Shown here: in pieces, positions 13,498 through 24,900 of the stretch
How the letters are laid out: every line of letters starts with the position of its first letter
Numbering within the stretch: position 1 is the first letter of the stretch
Origin: Ruditapes philippinarum
Lineage: Eukaryota
NCBI RefSeq assembly: GCF_026571515.1
Contig: NW_026859790.1
Coordinates: 186,001 to 250,000 of the forward strand
Direction of reading: 5' to 3'
Length of the DNA stretch: 64,000 nt
Position numbers and translations under genes: made by a program
Notes under the pieces: generated by a model
The model's database searches: none
What the model saw: the letters and a program-made list of their open reading frames with translations, nothing else
What the model was told of the DNA's origin: nothing

Positions 13498-16310
13498 AGG
13501 ACCAGCTTTATCCTCTTTAGGAACTACTGGTGGTGGTTTAAAGTCAGGTTTGGGAGTGTCATCTTCCTCTTGCTCCTCTTCACCTTCTTCTCCTTCTTCT
13601 TTCTCGGTCTGATCTTCATCTGCATTCTCCTCAGACTGGAATAATAGCAGATGAGGATATTAATATCTAATTACAAAAATAATAGATATAGGATGTATGT
13701 CCAGTTCAGTGTAAGATCAGATTATATTTCACTGACTGAGCACCAAAAGATATACTTCACTAGTGGTGCAGGCACAAGTGAAATATGAGCTTTTAGTGTT
13801 TGTGAGGTAAAATATATTTCGATCTTACACAAAATAAATTTTCTTTTTATTATATACAAAGAAATGTTTAAAAAGACATTTTAACCTTATACTAAATGAA
13901 AATTGTGCTAAATAATAATACAATGTGACATCATTTACGACGTCACATCATTAAGTTGGTTTCCAGTACTATGCACACTTGTATTTCACTGAAACAATGT
14001 AATCGGCTAGAATTCAAAACAGTGAAAAATATCAAATTGATAATTTCACTGTTTCAAACAGTGAAATATCCTCTATATATTTCACTGATATATTTCTAAA
14101 AATCACTTAAAAGCATGTAATAAATGGATTTCTATAGATTGATATGTGATCAGATATTCATTTCAAACTTTCAATTTAATAATTTCATAGGAAATTTAAT
14201 CAGACCCACCTCTTCTTCTTCTTCTTCCTGCTCCTCATCACCTTCTCTGTACTCTACCTCTGCTACATAATAATTTTGCTCTGTTCCAAAAAGTTTACCC
14301 CAGAACCTGACATGCTGAAGGTTATGTGTATCTACCAGAGTTTTTAGTGCCATCCAAACTCTGATGACCTCTTCTCTGTTCAGACCAACTCCAGCTTGTT
14401 CAAAGTAGAAGCAGAGTTCCATGAGATTTGGTAGTGGAGTTTCAGCATCTTCATCTTGTTCTTGGTCACCTTCTTCTCCCTCTCCTTTCTGTATATACAA
14501 GTAAAATACATTACAATTTGTATGATGTAGTGTAAAAAAAAATCATTTAATGATTTGAAATATGCTACAGACAATATGTTTCATCATTAAAGCAATGACA
14601 TAATGTCTGTGCGAATTAGAATATCTCATGAATGTAAATATATGCTAGCTGATAAATTAACATATTATATGAATTACAGGTACTTATATATACTTTTCAG
14701 ACATAAATATTATGTAAAAAACAATCTGAATAAAAGTGTTGGGCAAATGAAAATTTATGATCTAACACTTGACATGCTGTCTAGCTATATATTTAACCAT
14801 AGATATATAATGTGCTCCTAATCCTTTTGAGCTAGTTATTATTTAACAGAAATACAAACAATATGAAATATATTTAATATTAACTAAGCATTTTATTGAT
14901 TTATAGAGATTTCTCAGCAGGATGATATGTGATTGCATATATGTGAAACAGTCTTAAAACAGGGTTTTCATGATTAACCGATTGGCCATCCAAACCATCG
15001 GTTAAAATGCTGTTAAAATTGGTTGTATTTTCAGCCTGTATATTAAAGTATCACCCTTAACCCTTGGCAAAATCAGTTGTTTTCTTTTGAGCATCTGTTG
15101 CCTCAGATGAAAATGAAAAACCCTGTTTAAACTTGTCAGATATGATAATTGTGAAAAGAACAATATTTCACAATGGTCAATTCAAACTTTAATAGTGATC
15201 ACACTATTGTAGATATGGTTGTGATAAAGCTGAAATATGATTTTGCTTGATTTTATATGACAGAACAATGCAAAGTTTTTAAAAGAATATTACTATTTTG
15301 ATGTAAATAAAACTAATGAATCAAAGTTTTTATCCATGACAAAAATACTTACAAGTACTAGATTAATATAAATGTTTGTAAATCAAATAAAACACTAACA
15401 CTGATTAACCCTTATTTATCTTTTACAGCTTTAGAGATGGAAAAACATGGTCTTACAGCAAAAAGTTTCCTTTGAACTTGAGCTAGCGCAACTTCTGTTG
15501 ATTGATCTATTTTATCTTGCACAGTGTCTACATTTGAAGTGAACTTTGCTCTTTTAGTGTGGTTACTTATATCTTCAAAAACATCGACTACATTTTCTGG
15601 TCTTTCATCTAAAATCTTTGTTAAACATGTACTCAGATGGTCATATCTGAAAGCAGAAATAAAAATCATTGTAGACAACACAGAGCTCACTTTTCATTGA
15701 CAAATAACAAACCTGGTTTTGTTGTACCTTAACACATGTTAGTAATAGCAGGGTTTAGGCATGTCTAATGTAAACATGATGATGTTAAACAGTGAAATTA
15801 GTTTTCTAAATTTGTTTTGCTCTAATGAAAAAGTTACCATGTATTAGAATTTTTATTCATATAGATGTAAATCTTGATCCGGCAATCTTAAAACTAACAA
15901 TACCTTATCTGTATTGAATCACTAATTCACGAAAATCCGAGTAATTATTACAGCCCAGCCTTAGTTAATTTTTTAAAATAAATAGGACTGCTATAAAGAA
16001 ACAGATAGCCCAGAAAATGTTCATGGTGTGATGTTTAAGGGAGAGGGATCAAATTTTCCTGGTGTGGGATAGCAAATACACCAAGTTGAATCATGTAGAA
16101 AAAAATAATAATTAAATTCAATAAACAGTAGTCTACCTGCTGTGAAAATATATGAATTTAAGACGAGTAAATCTATTAACATGATATAAGTAAATATAAT
16201 TTAATTCAATAAACTTACAGATTGTATCCAGTTTCTGTACTTGTTTGTAATAAATATGCTTTTGCATTTGCATATTCTTGTTCTTTAGGATTTATGCTTG
16301 GCGTATCCAT
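11220..16310 (-). CDS. RSPH4A: Radial spoke head protein 4/6 homolog (RSPH4A/RSPH6A family), ~522 aa, 9 exons
   Basis: Exons 16310-16219, 15646-15457, 14488-14210, 13635-13467, 13198-13101, 12759-12618, 12331-12222, 11926-11667, 11448-11220, all GT-AG and phase-consistent. Motifs: [28 protein letters not shown]...[67 protein letters not shown]. Confidence 0.95.
12915..13048 (-). mobile_element. tRNA-derived SINE fragment in an RSPH4 intron
   Basis: Minus strand ggggagcagtggcctagtggataagg...gagttcgaacc (A and B boxes), then agtactg..ttccaggaagcagact. Confidence 0.65.
14960..15125. mobile_element. Short non-autonomous TIR element (hAT-like CAGGG ends)
   Basis: cagggtttt ... aaaaccctg termini; no clean TSD. 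Confidence 0.5.
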
Positions 16311-16439
16311 GGTTGATTTTTATATCACGATAATGTTCAGTGAATATTTTCTTTCGAGTTACTTTTTAACAATTTATTTATGCAATTCCATTAAAAGAAT
16401 GCAGACAATAATATCTGCCTGTGTAAATAATTAAAGAAT

Positions 16440-16630
16440 CCTTAGCTGCTTGTTTTCTCGCGTTGCCAAATGTGTAAAGAGCTGTTTCTATCCAAACCTT
16501 GTGAAGTTGCTAGGGTAAACATGGAGGTCGTTGGTACAAAACGTCACATCCGGCCAAAATACACAAATATCTATGACGTTTTGCGGAGGTCATATTCTTT
16601 TGTACACTTCCTGTATGTCAAGAATTTGGT
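16440..16630. promoter_or_regulatory. Putative bidirectional promoter for RSPH4 and SAV1, with an X-box (RFX)-like site overlapping a forkhead site
   Basis: Locally CpG-enriched. gttgctagggtaaac at 16506-16520 overlaps GTAAACA at 16515-16521, about 200 bp upstream of the RSPH4 ATG. The SAV1 ATG exon has an acceptor at 18947, so a non-coding exon must lie upstream. Confidence 0.55.
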
Positions 16631-17122
16631 ATTTTGTCAAAAATACCTTCTAACAAGGACTTACCGAAAGCGAATTATATTTATTAGAAATGCAGAAAGA
16701 AAACACCATTCGGTAATTATATTAATAAAGGAATAAATTGTAGATTTTGATTGGAATTCATTAGTCATGCTGAAAATGGGTGTTTCTCTGATAGCACAGA
16801 AGATTATGACCTCACTTCTATTTTTTCTATAATTTACTAAATATTATAGTACGATCTCTGATCGGTTCAGAGACATCAAAATGTACAAATATAATGTTAC
16901 TATTGAATGTTGATACTTAAGATCAGATTTGAATATATGCAAAAATATGGCATCTATAGATCTACACAGTAGGCTGTAACTGTTACAGTGGATGCTAAAG
17001 ATTTTGTCATTCAAAGTACATGTGGCTGTCAAAGTTATTGATTTATGTCAGTCTGCCAACTTTGTACGTTTCAATTTGAATGCAAACGTTTCGTATTGGT
17101 TAGACCACTGACTGTCACTCCT

Positions 17123-17493
17123 GAGCACAGGTGTTTGGTGCATTGATTGGTCTCTACCCCCCCCCCCCCATTACCCACTCTACAAACTTCCTACCTCTCC
17201 AAAATCATGTAAACTGCAGTATTTGTCATTTGTAATATGTTTTAATATTTGATATATGTTTTTAATTTCATTTCCGTCATTTAACACACAAAAAAATACA
17301 ATCCCTATATATTTACTAAATATATATGTTACTATGTATTGTTTTTTATTTTTGGTGAAAATAAAATATTGAATTAAAAACATATCAAATGAAAAATACT
17401 GCAGTTTTGGAGAGGAAGGATGGTTGTAGAGTGGGTAATGGGTTGGGGGGGGTGGGGGGTAGTGACCAATCAATGTACCAAACACCTGTGCTC
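17123..17493. mobile_element. Foldback/MITE-like element with ~110-bp inverted arms, inserted in a SINE tRNA head
   Basis: Arm 17123-17232 is an imperfect reverse complement of 17386-17493, with an AT-rich spacer. Confidence 0.75.
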
Positions 17494-18987
17494 CGAGGTC
17501 CAGGGTTCGATCCTGGGTAGCATCCTTGAAATTTTTCAGAGACACTTTGTGTTTCCCACATATTTTTAAGGTATACTTGTAAGAAATCTAGGTAATATAC
17601 ACTGGGCATGTAAAAGGACCAAGGGATCTATTCAATAACGAGCTAGGGACTGGTTCCCGGATTCCCTTGTATCTCATAGCTGTTTCTCAATTCCATGTAT
17701 ACAATGTATACCTGCTTAGTGTTATCGTTAACGATTTTGAGCCAGTATTATGTAGATGTAGCATATCAGAATTAAATTACTTTTAATTGTGGTGACACTT
17801 GGCTGCTGCCAAACCTGGGCTTAAATTCTGCAGCCCTTAGCTCTTCTAATAGATATTTGTATCCTAGCACATGTTCAGAATTCAATGATGTAAGTGTTGA
17901 CTTTGGAGGGTTGCCATTTCAAGCTGAAGAGAATCAGCGAGTTGCCGATTCGCCCCCAGCTCTGCCAAAAGATGTTTTTGAGCTTGGCTTATATATTTTA
18001 GTGTCAATGCACTTATCGGCCAACTGGCCATAGTGTACTCCCTTTACAAACACTGAATTGCTGTCACTTGGTTGTTAAATATCCTTTCTTTGGGCTTGGC
18101 AGAGATATTTATCTGTCAACATATTTGATAGTTGATAAAGTCTAAATTGCATAGAGTTATACAGTATAATGTCATTCAATGACAAATTATTTAAAAAAAA
18201 AACAAACATCACAAAAAGCGCATATATACAATGTGTCTTAAAGCTGAGTGCCTCCACATGAGCCAAACAAAATAATAAATCATCAAAACAGATACAATTT
18301 TTGGGAAAAGACCTTGCAACTCAGTAGGGGGGAAAAGGCGCGAAAAATAACATTTTTTTTTGGAAAAAATACTATACTTTTTGTACCGCCATAATCTGAT
18401 CTTAAAACTTTTTGACGTAGCCTCTGTTACTTTGTGGCATTGCGAATACTGTTTCATAAAAGATAGTTTAAAGTTTGGAATGAATCTTACAATGTCAGTC
18501 ATTTTAAATTTTGGTACATCTTTCAGATTTTTGATAATATCATAACCCTTACCCTAACTTACCATAAATATGACTAGACCTCTTCTGTTAATGATTTATA
18601 CTATCATTACCAGACTTTCCGTAAATAACTAAATATGTCTAAAAAATCCGAGACCTCTTCTGTTGATGAGACAGATGTGAAAATTAACCCCCCCCAACCA
18701 CCACCACACAAAAAAAAACCAACTTTAATATCAGTAAAGATATAGTCAGTACTTTTTCATTATTAATGGGTCAGGTTCTAGTCACTGTACTGGATGTGAA
18801 AGATGCAAACACATTCACTAACTTCATTCACTTGTTACTCTGCTTTACTTACAAAAAAAACTTTAAAACAGAAAATAATCAAAATAGGATAGAAAATGTC
18901 TTTTAATAAAAATTGTGTTTTTACATGTTTTTCTCTTTTATTTACAGTATTTTACATAAAGGATAATACAAAGCTACCGGTGCAGAT

Positions 18988-21900
18988 ATGCTTTCAAAGA
19001 AGAAAGATTCCTCAGGGTTGAATGATGGTATAGCTGGGAAGTATGTTAAAAGAGACACTCCCCCAATACTAAGATGTAAGTTGTGTTTTGTTAGCTTAAT
19101 CAAGAAAATAGTGATGCTTTCCTACATGTCTTTATGTCAATGTTTGCATTAGTATTTACACTACCCTTGCAATATTTTGTACAGCATTCAAATTACACCA
19201 AACACTAAAACATTTGCTTGTTACTTCAAACATAGCTGTAAGATCATAACTAGAGGTCACTTTCCAATCCCCATAATTTTAAAGTTTTACATGCATTATC
19301 AGTCTTCACATCTACTGAAGCCACACATGCCTTTGGAGTGAAATATAATTTAAGGTCACTGTAGAAGACTTGTAACTAAGGCATATATTATGTGCCCCAT
19401 ACTAAATTCCATCCTTTTGTGAACAAAAATTTCTTGTGAGCAAAAAGTTTTGTGTGAAAGATCAGTCAAAACTTCTTAAGTTATTCATTTGGATCTTCAC
19501 AAATGGCTTGCTCATTTCAAATGAAATTATACATTATCCAGGGCAGGGTCTTGTTTTATATCCAGCAGGATTATAGTTGAACATGCTGTTCTACTGACAA
19601 TTTTATTTAAATATAATGACAAACTAGACATGTATGTTCTTAAGCTAAGATAGAAAATGTGAGTATGAAGGTACTTTAAAATTTGCACAAACATGATATA
19701 GATGTAGAATATTGTCAAAACTCACTTTATCTGTTAGAAAATACAGTGAAATCTTACAAAATTGATATACTGATGAGGATTGGCCAGAATGGCTATACCA
19801 TGATTATGTTATAATTTTATAATTTATTGTTGTTGTTTTTTGTAATTTATACATTATTATTCTTCTCTTGTAGCCTACCATCAGCCAGTGAAACCTCCTA
19901 CAGGCCAAAGAAGATCTGGAGTTAAAGCTCCTGCCTCATATATACCACAACAGGCAGTCAGTTCAGCTGCCAGCTTCCCCTTCATTAGTAAACCAACAAG
20001 TACAAGACCTCAAAGTCAGATAGAAACTGTACCTAGGGAGTCTTTAGTGAAAGTCCAGCGGTCTGTGCCAAGTGCTTCATCTGTGATAAACCATGAGAGA
20101 CAAACTCAGTCACCTGTCTCTCAACAAGTTCTGTCTCAACCTAATTTGTCAAACCAACAATTAGTCACCTCTCACCCTGTTTCTAATCTTAATACAGATA
20201 TGCTATCAATAACTAAAGAAATGCATAGACTAAGTGTAGATTCTGCCTCCCTGGAGCAAGCTAGAGCAATGAAACAATTCTCATCACAGTCTAGCACATC
20301 ATCTGGAATATCTAGTGCTGGTTCCGGTATTACAAAGTCTGGGTCAGCAAGTTCTTTACAGGGAACAAGCAGTAGTAGAAATACTGGTTCCCAACATACA
20401 GGTGAAACAGCTTATGAAAGTGCTGGTGCCCCTGGTTCTGCACAGGGTTATCAGCCAGGGTACCAGCAAACTGATGTGCACAGTGGAAATTTCAATGTTG
20501 TTCAAGAAGGTAAAATGTTATCACAGCTTATCAAATTTGCTAGGAATATATATGGACATCACAAAACATTTAGTAATAATTCCAAAAATAAATTAGTAAT
20601 GCTGAAAATGTGAATTTTTTCTTTTAAGTGGTTTTACTTCATTAGTAAACATATCCTGGATAGATAAAATGCAGTGACACAACCAGTTGCTATGTGAAAT
20701 ATATTTTGATTGCTAGTATTAAACATATTTTTATACCCCTGCACAACAAAGTTGTAAGGGGGGTATACTGGAATCAGATTGTCCGTCCGGCGTCCGTCGG
20801 TTTTTTCTTGTCCGCCCAATAACTAAAGATTCCTTTGACCCACAGTCTTCATATTTGGCATGCAGGTTAGTCTTGATTAGTAGATGACCCCTATTGATTT
20901 TGAGGTCACAAGGTCAAAGGTCAAGGTCACAGGGGCCTTGACTTCAAAAAGCTTGTCCGCCCAATAACTTAAGATTCCTTTGACCCACAGTCTTCATATT
21001 TGGCATGGAGGTTAGTCATGATAAGTAGATGACCCCTATTGATTTTGAGGTCACCAGGTCAAAGGTCAAGGTCACAGGGGCTTTGACTTCAAAAAGCTTG
21101 TCTGCCCAATAACTTAAGATTCCTTTGACCCACAGTCTTCATATTTGGCATGGAGGTTAGTCATGATTAGTAGATGACCCCTATCGATTTTGAGGTCACA
21201 AGGTCAAAGGTCAAGGTCGCAGGGGCCTTGACTTCAAAAAGCTTGTCCGCCCAATAACTTAAGATTCCTTTGACCCACAGTCTTCATATTTGGCATGGAG
21301 GTTAGTCATGATTAGTAGATGACCCCTATTGATTTTGAGGTCACCAGGTCAAAGGTCAAGGTCACAGGGGCCTTGACTTCAAAAAGCTTGTCCGCCCAAT
21401 AACTTAAGGTTCCTTTGACCCACAGTCTTCATATTTGGCATGGAGGTTAGTCATGATTAGTAGATGACCCCTATTGATTTTGAGGTCACCAGGTCAAAGG
21501 TCAAGGTCACAGGGGCCTTGACTTCAAAAAGCTTGTCCGCCCAATAACTTAAGGTTCCTATGACCCACAGTCTTCATATTTGGCATGGAGGTTAGTCATG
21601 ATTAGTAAATGATCCTTAACCTCTGATTTGGCAGGGAGGTTGTCCTTGAGTTCTAAATGGCCACTGTTGATTCTGACAAAGTGGTATGCGGGGGTATTCA
21701 CGCCATGATAGTGGCAGTTCTAGTTTTATTTAATTTTCTTGTAACTTTGGCAATGTTGCAAATATGAATGTTTTCTTTGACTTTAATCTTTTATAAACTT
21801 AGATATTTACCAGACTAAATATTTGCAATACATCAGTAAAGGAAGATGAGTAAAATGTCCAGTATATTTGATATAATTAAATTTTGATTTTTTATATTGA

Positions 21901-24900
21901 AAATGGATGGTTTGACTGGTACTTCACTGAAATTGTAATCTACATGTATGTTTTAAGTATTGTATCATTTTACAGAACAAGATGAAGAGAGTCAGTATGG
22001 TGCAAGTTATGGTAACGAGGGCGGTCAGGTGTATGATGATAACTATGAGATACAACAATACCATCAAGATATCAGAAATCATTACGCCCAACAGAATATT
22101 TCTACTCAACAAACATTAGGTCAACCACAGAGTTCTGATGTACATACTGTTACAACTTCAGGTAATAATTCAACAACAAACAGTCATATATATGTTTCAG
22201 ACTCAACAACATACACATGTATATGTATGAATATAATAATTATACTGGGTTTAGACTTTGATTTACCCAACTTTTATACTAGATATTGAATGTTAATATT
22301 AAAGTGAAAAAGTAAAATATTGTTACATGGTCCCTATTGAAATCGCATAGTTCTGGTAAAGTTTAGGAAAACAAAATGAAAGGCATTCAAAAAACATGTA
22401 TTTAGCTCATGGTCAAGGTCACATTTGTGTAATATATTTCATCAACTGCTTGATTGTTAAATCAAGTCGGCGGTTCTGTCATTCCTAGATAGATTAACTT
22501 GGCATAAATGTGTTGGACATTATGACACCATGCCACATGTAAGCATCAAGGTCACTTTTGTTTGTTCAAAGTCTTGATATGAATAAATAGATGTGTTTTT
22601 ACTTTGTCATTCATGAATACTTCTTGAAATAATAATAAAAGAGCAGGTTTTCAGCTTAAAAGTCAAGGTCACGCTAAGACTTGGTAAAATATCATAAAAC
22701 AACCTTGATCGTTGTATCTGGTCAACAATTCTGTCATTTTATGGATAGATTTGAAAATGATAACTAGGCATAATTCTGTTGCACTTGTCACACAGGAATT
22801 CAAAGTTAACAGCTAGAAAGGTGAATGGATGTATTTGGGATGTCAACATTGATGGCTTTTTCTTTCATTCATAATTTTGCATACTGATAATGTTTTATGT
22901 TAAATGCTCAATATAGTAAACATGCAGTAAGTCAAAGGCTACCATTCAGCTTTGGGTGCATTTTTAGCTCGACTATTCGATAAGAATAAGTAGAGCTATT
23001 GTAGTCACCCGAGTGTCCGCGTCGGCGTAACCACTTATGTTAAAGTTTTGTTGTAATACCTCAAATATTTTCAAAGTCAAATGACATATGGCTTTGAAAC
23101 TTTGCACACTTGTTCACCATCATGACCCCAATCTGTAGACAGGAGGAGGTAACTGTAACAAGCATTTTGACAGAATTATGCCCCTTTTTTGACTTAGAAT
23201 TTATGTACATGTTTGCATACTATCTCATATTTTCATATTCTATTGACATCTGGCTTTGAAACAAGTTGAAATATTATACTCTTTTTTGAGAGCATAATAG
23301 GACTCTTTCCAAGGCCTATAACATGGATTTAAAGAAAAAATTTGCCCTTTTGTAAACTTAGAAAATTTTACATTATCAAGACTCTTTTACTATCAAGCAC
23401 TAAGATGTTGCTGTCCTACTGACAGCTCTTGTTCTGTTCCAATATGTGCATACTATAGTAAATTTCACCAAGACAAGGGACATTATAACTTGGAACACTT
23501 GATTATCATGACAAAGGGCAATACCCTAATAACAATATATAATAACATGAGTTAAGCCTCATTTAGAATATTTTGTCTAAAACTGGTTATTTAGGAAATC
23601 ATCAAAGATATTGTACACAATCTTGGCATACTTGGGGACGACTCACTAGGACAAATGACATTATTCAGTATTTCCAGATTTTTAAATTTATTTTAAGGTT
23701 GTCTGTTTTGGTGGTTGATTGCTGCAGCATCAGTCTTTGTAGACATGCAAAATATCAATGTGACACTTGGAATGCTTCCATATCAGACAAGACACAGTAG
23801 TTAGACAAGGGGCATTATTCTGAAAGCTGTATTTGAGTTATATCCCTCATATATACTTCAGATGAGCGTTGGGTGCTCTCATCTTTAACAAACAAGCACT
23901 GGCATTGTCTGTAGTGCTCTTGTATTGGGTTTGAGAGCTAGTTTAATGGGTCATAACAATATTCTTTCCCAACCTCACAAGACAAGACAAGCTTTATTTT
24001 GCCAAAACCATTCATACTAATTCAAACCTAGAGATTTGTATTAAACATCAATCAACAAAGATTTTATACAGTCTATACAGTTTATTATAAAAACATAATG
24101 CATGCAGAATAATAAGAGTAATTTAATGAAAGACAAGTGAAATACAATAAATATTATATACATTATTTACACAATAGCACAAATAATTAGCACATTTATC
24201 ATAAATAACAAATTTACATAACAAAACATTAACAATTATGACATATCATCATTGACACAAAATCTTGACACAAAATCTAGTATTAACTAGGAAATGCATT
24301 GCAATTAGCCAGTTTTTGTCAGATTTGTCTCGAAATTTACATACACTTTTGAAAGACATACAACATATATATTGCACATGTTACAGAAAAAATGGACTGA
24401 ATCATTTATCACAGAAAAAAAAATCACAGAAAAATATTTGATATGAAATAATGCCACTTGATTATCACTAATGTCATCATATCACAAATTCAACATTCTG
24501 ATGGTAGATACACCTAACATGTAAAAATGATCTTAGATATTGTGTCAGTAAATTTACTAATTTGCAAAATAACATAGCACAATTTTAGTTATTAGGTCAC
24601 ATAAATATATATCAACAATATTTGGTTGTATCTAAGATAGAGGAGAGTTGTTGGATATAGTAAGCGTTATCCTTGTCTGGTTTACTGGCATCTCGTGCTA
24701 GCTGGTGACATATGTCCATTAAACGACCTTCCATCTCTTTCTTCTGTTTCTTTGGCCTTGTGTTGTTGCTACGGTTACGTTTGTTGGCATACCATGATTT
24801 AACCTGTCCCAGGGTAATTCCTCCACGTTTAGCGAGATCTTCTTTTTCAGCTTTAGTAGGGTATGGGTTTTCTAAGTGTTGTTCATACCACTCATTCATG

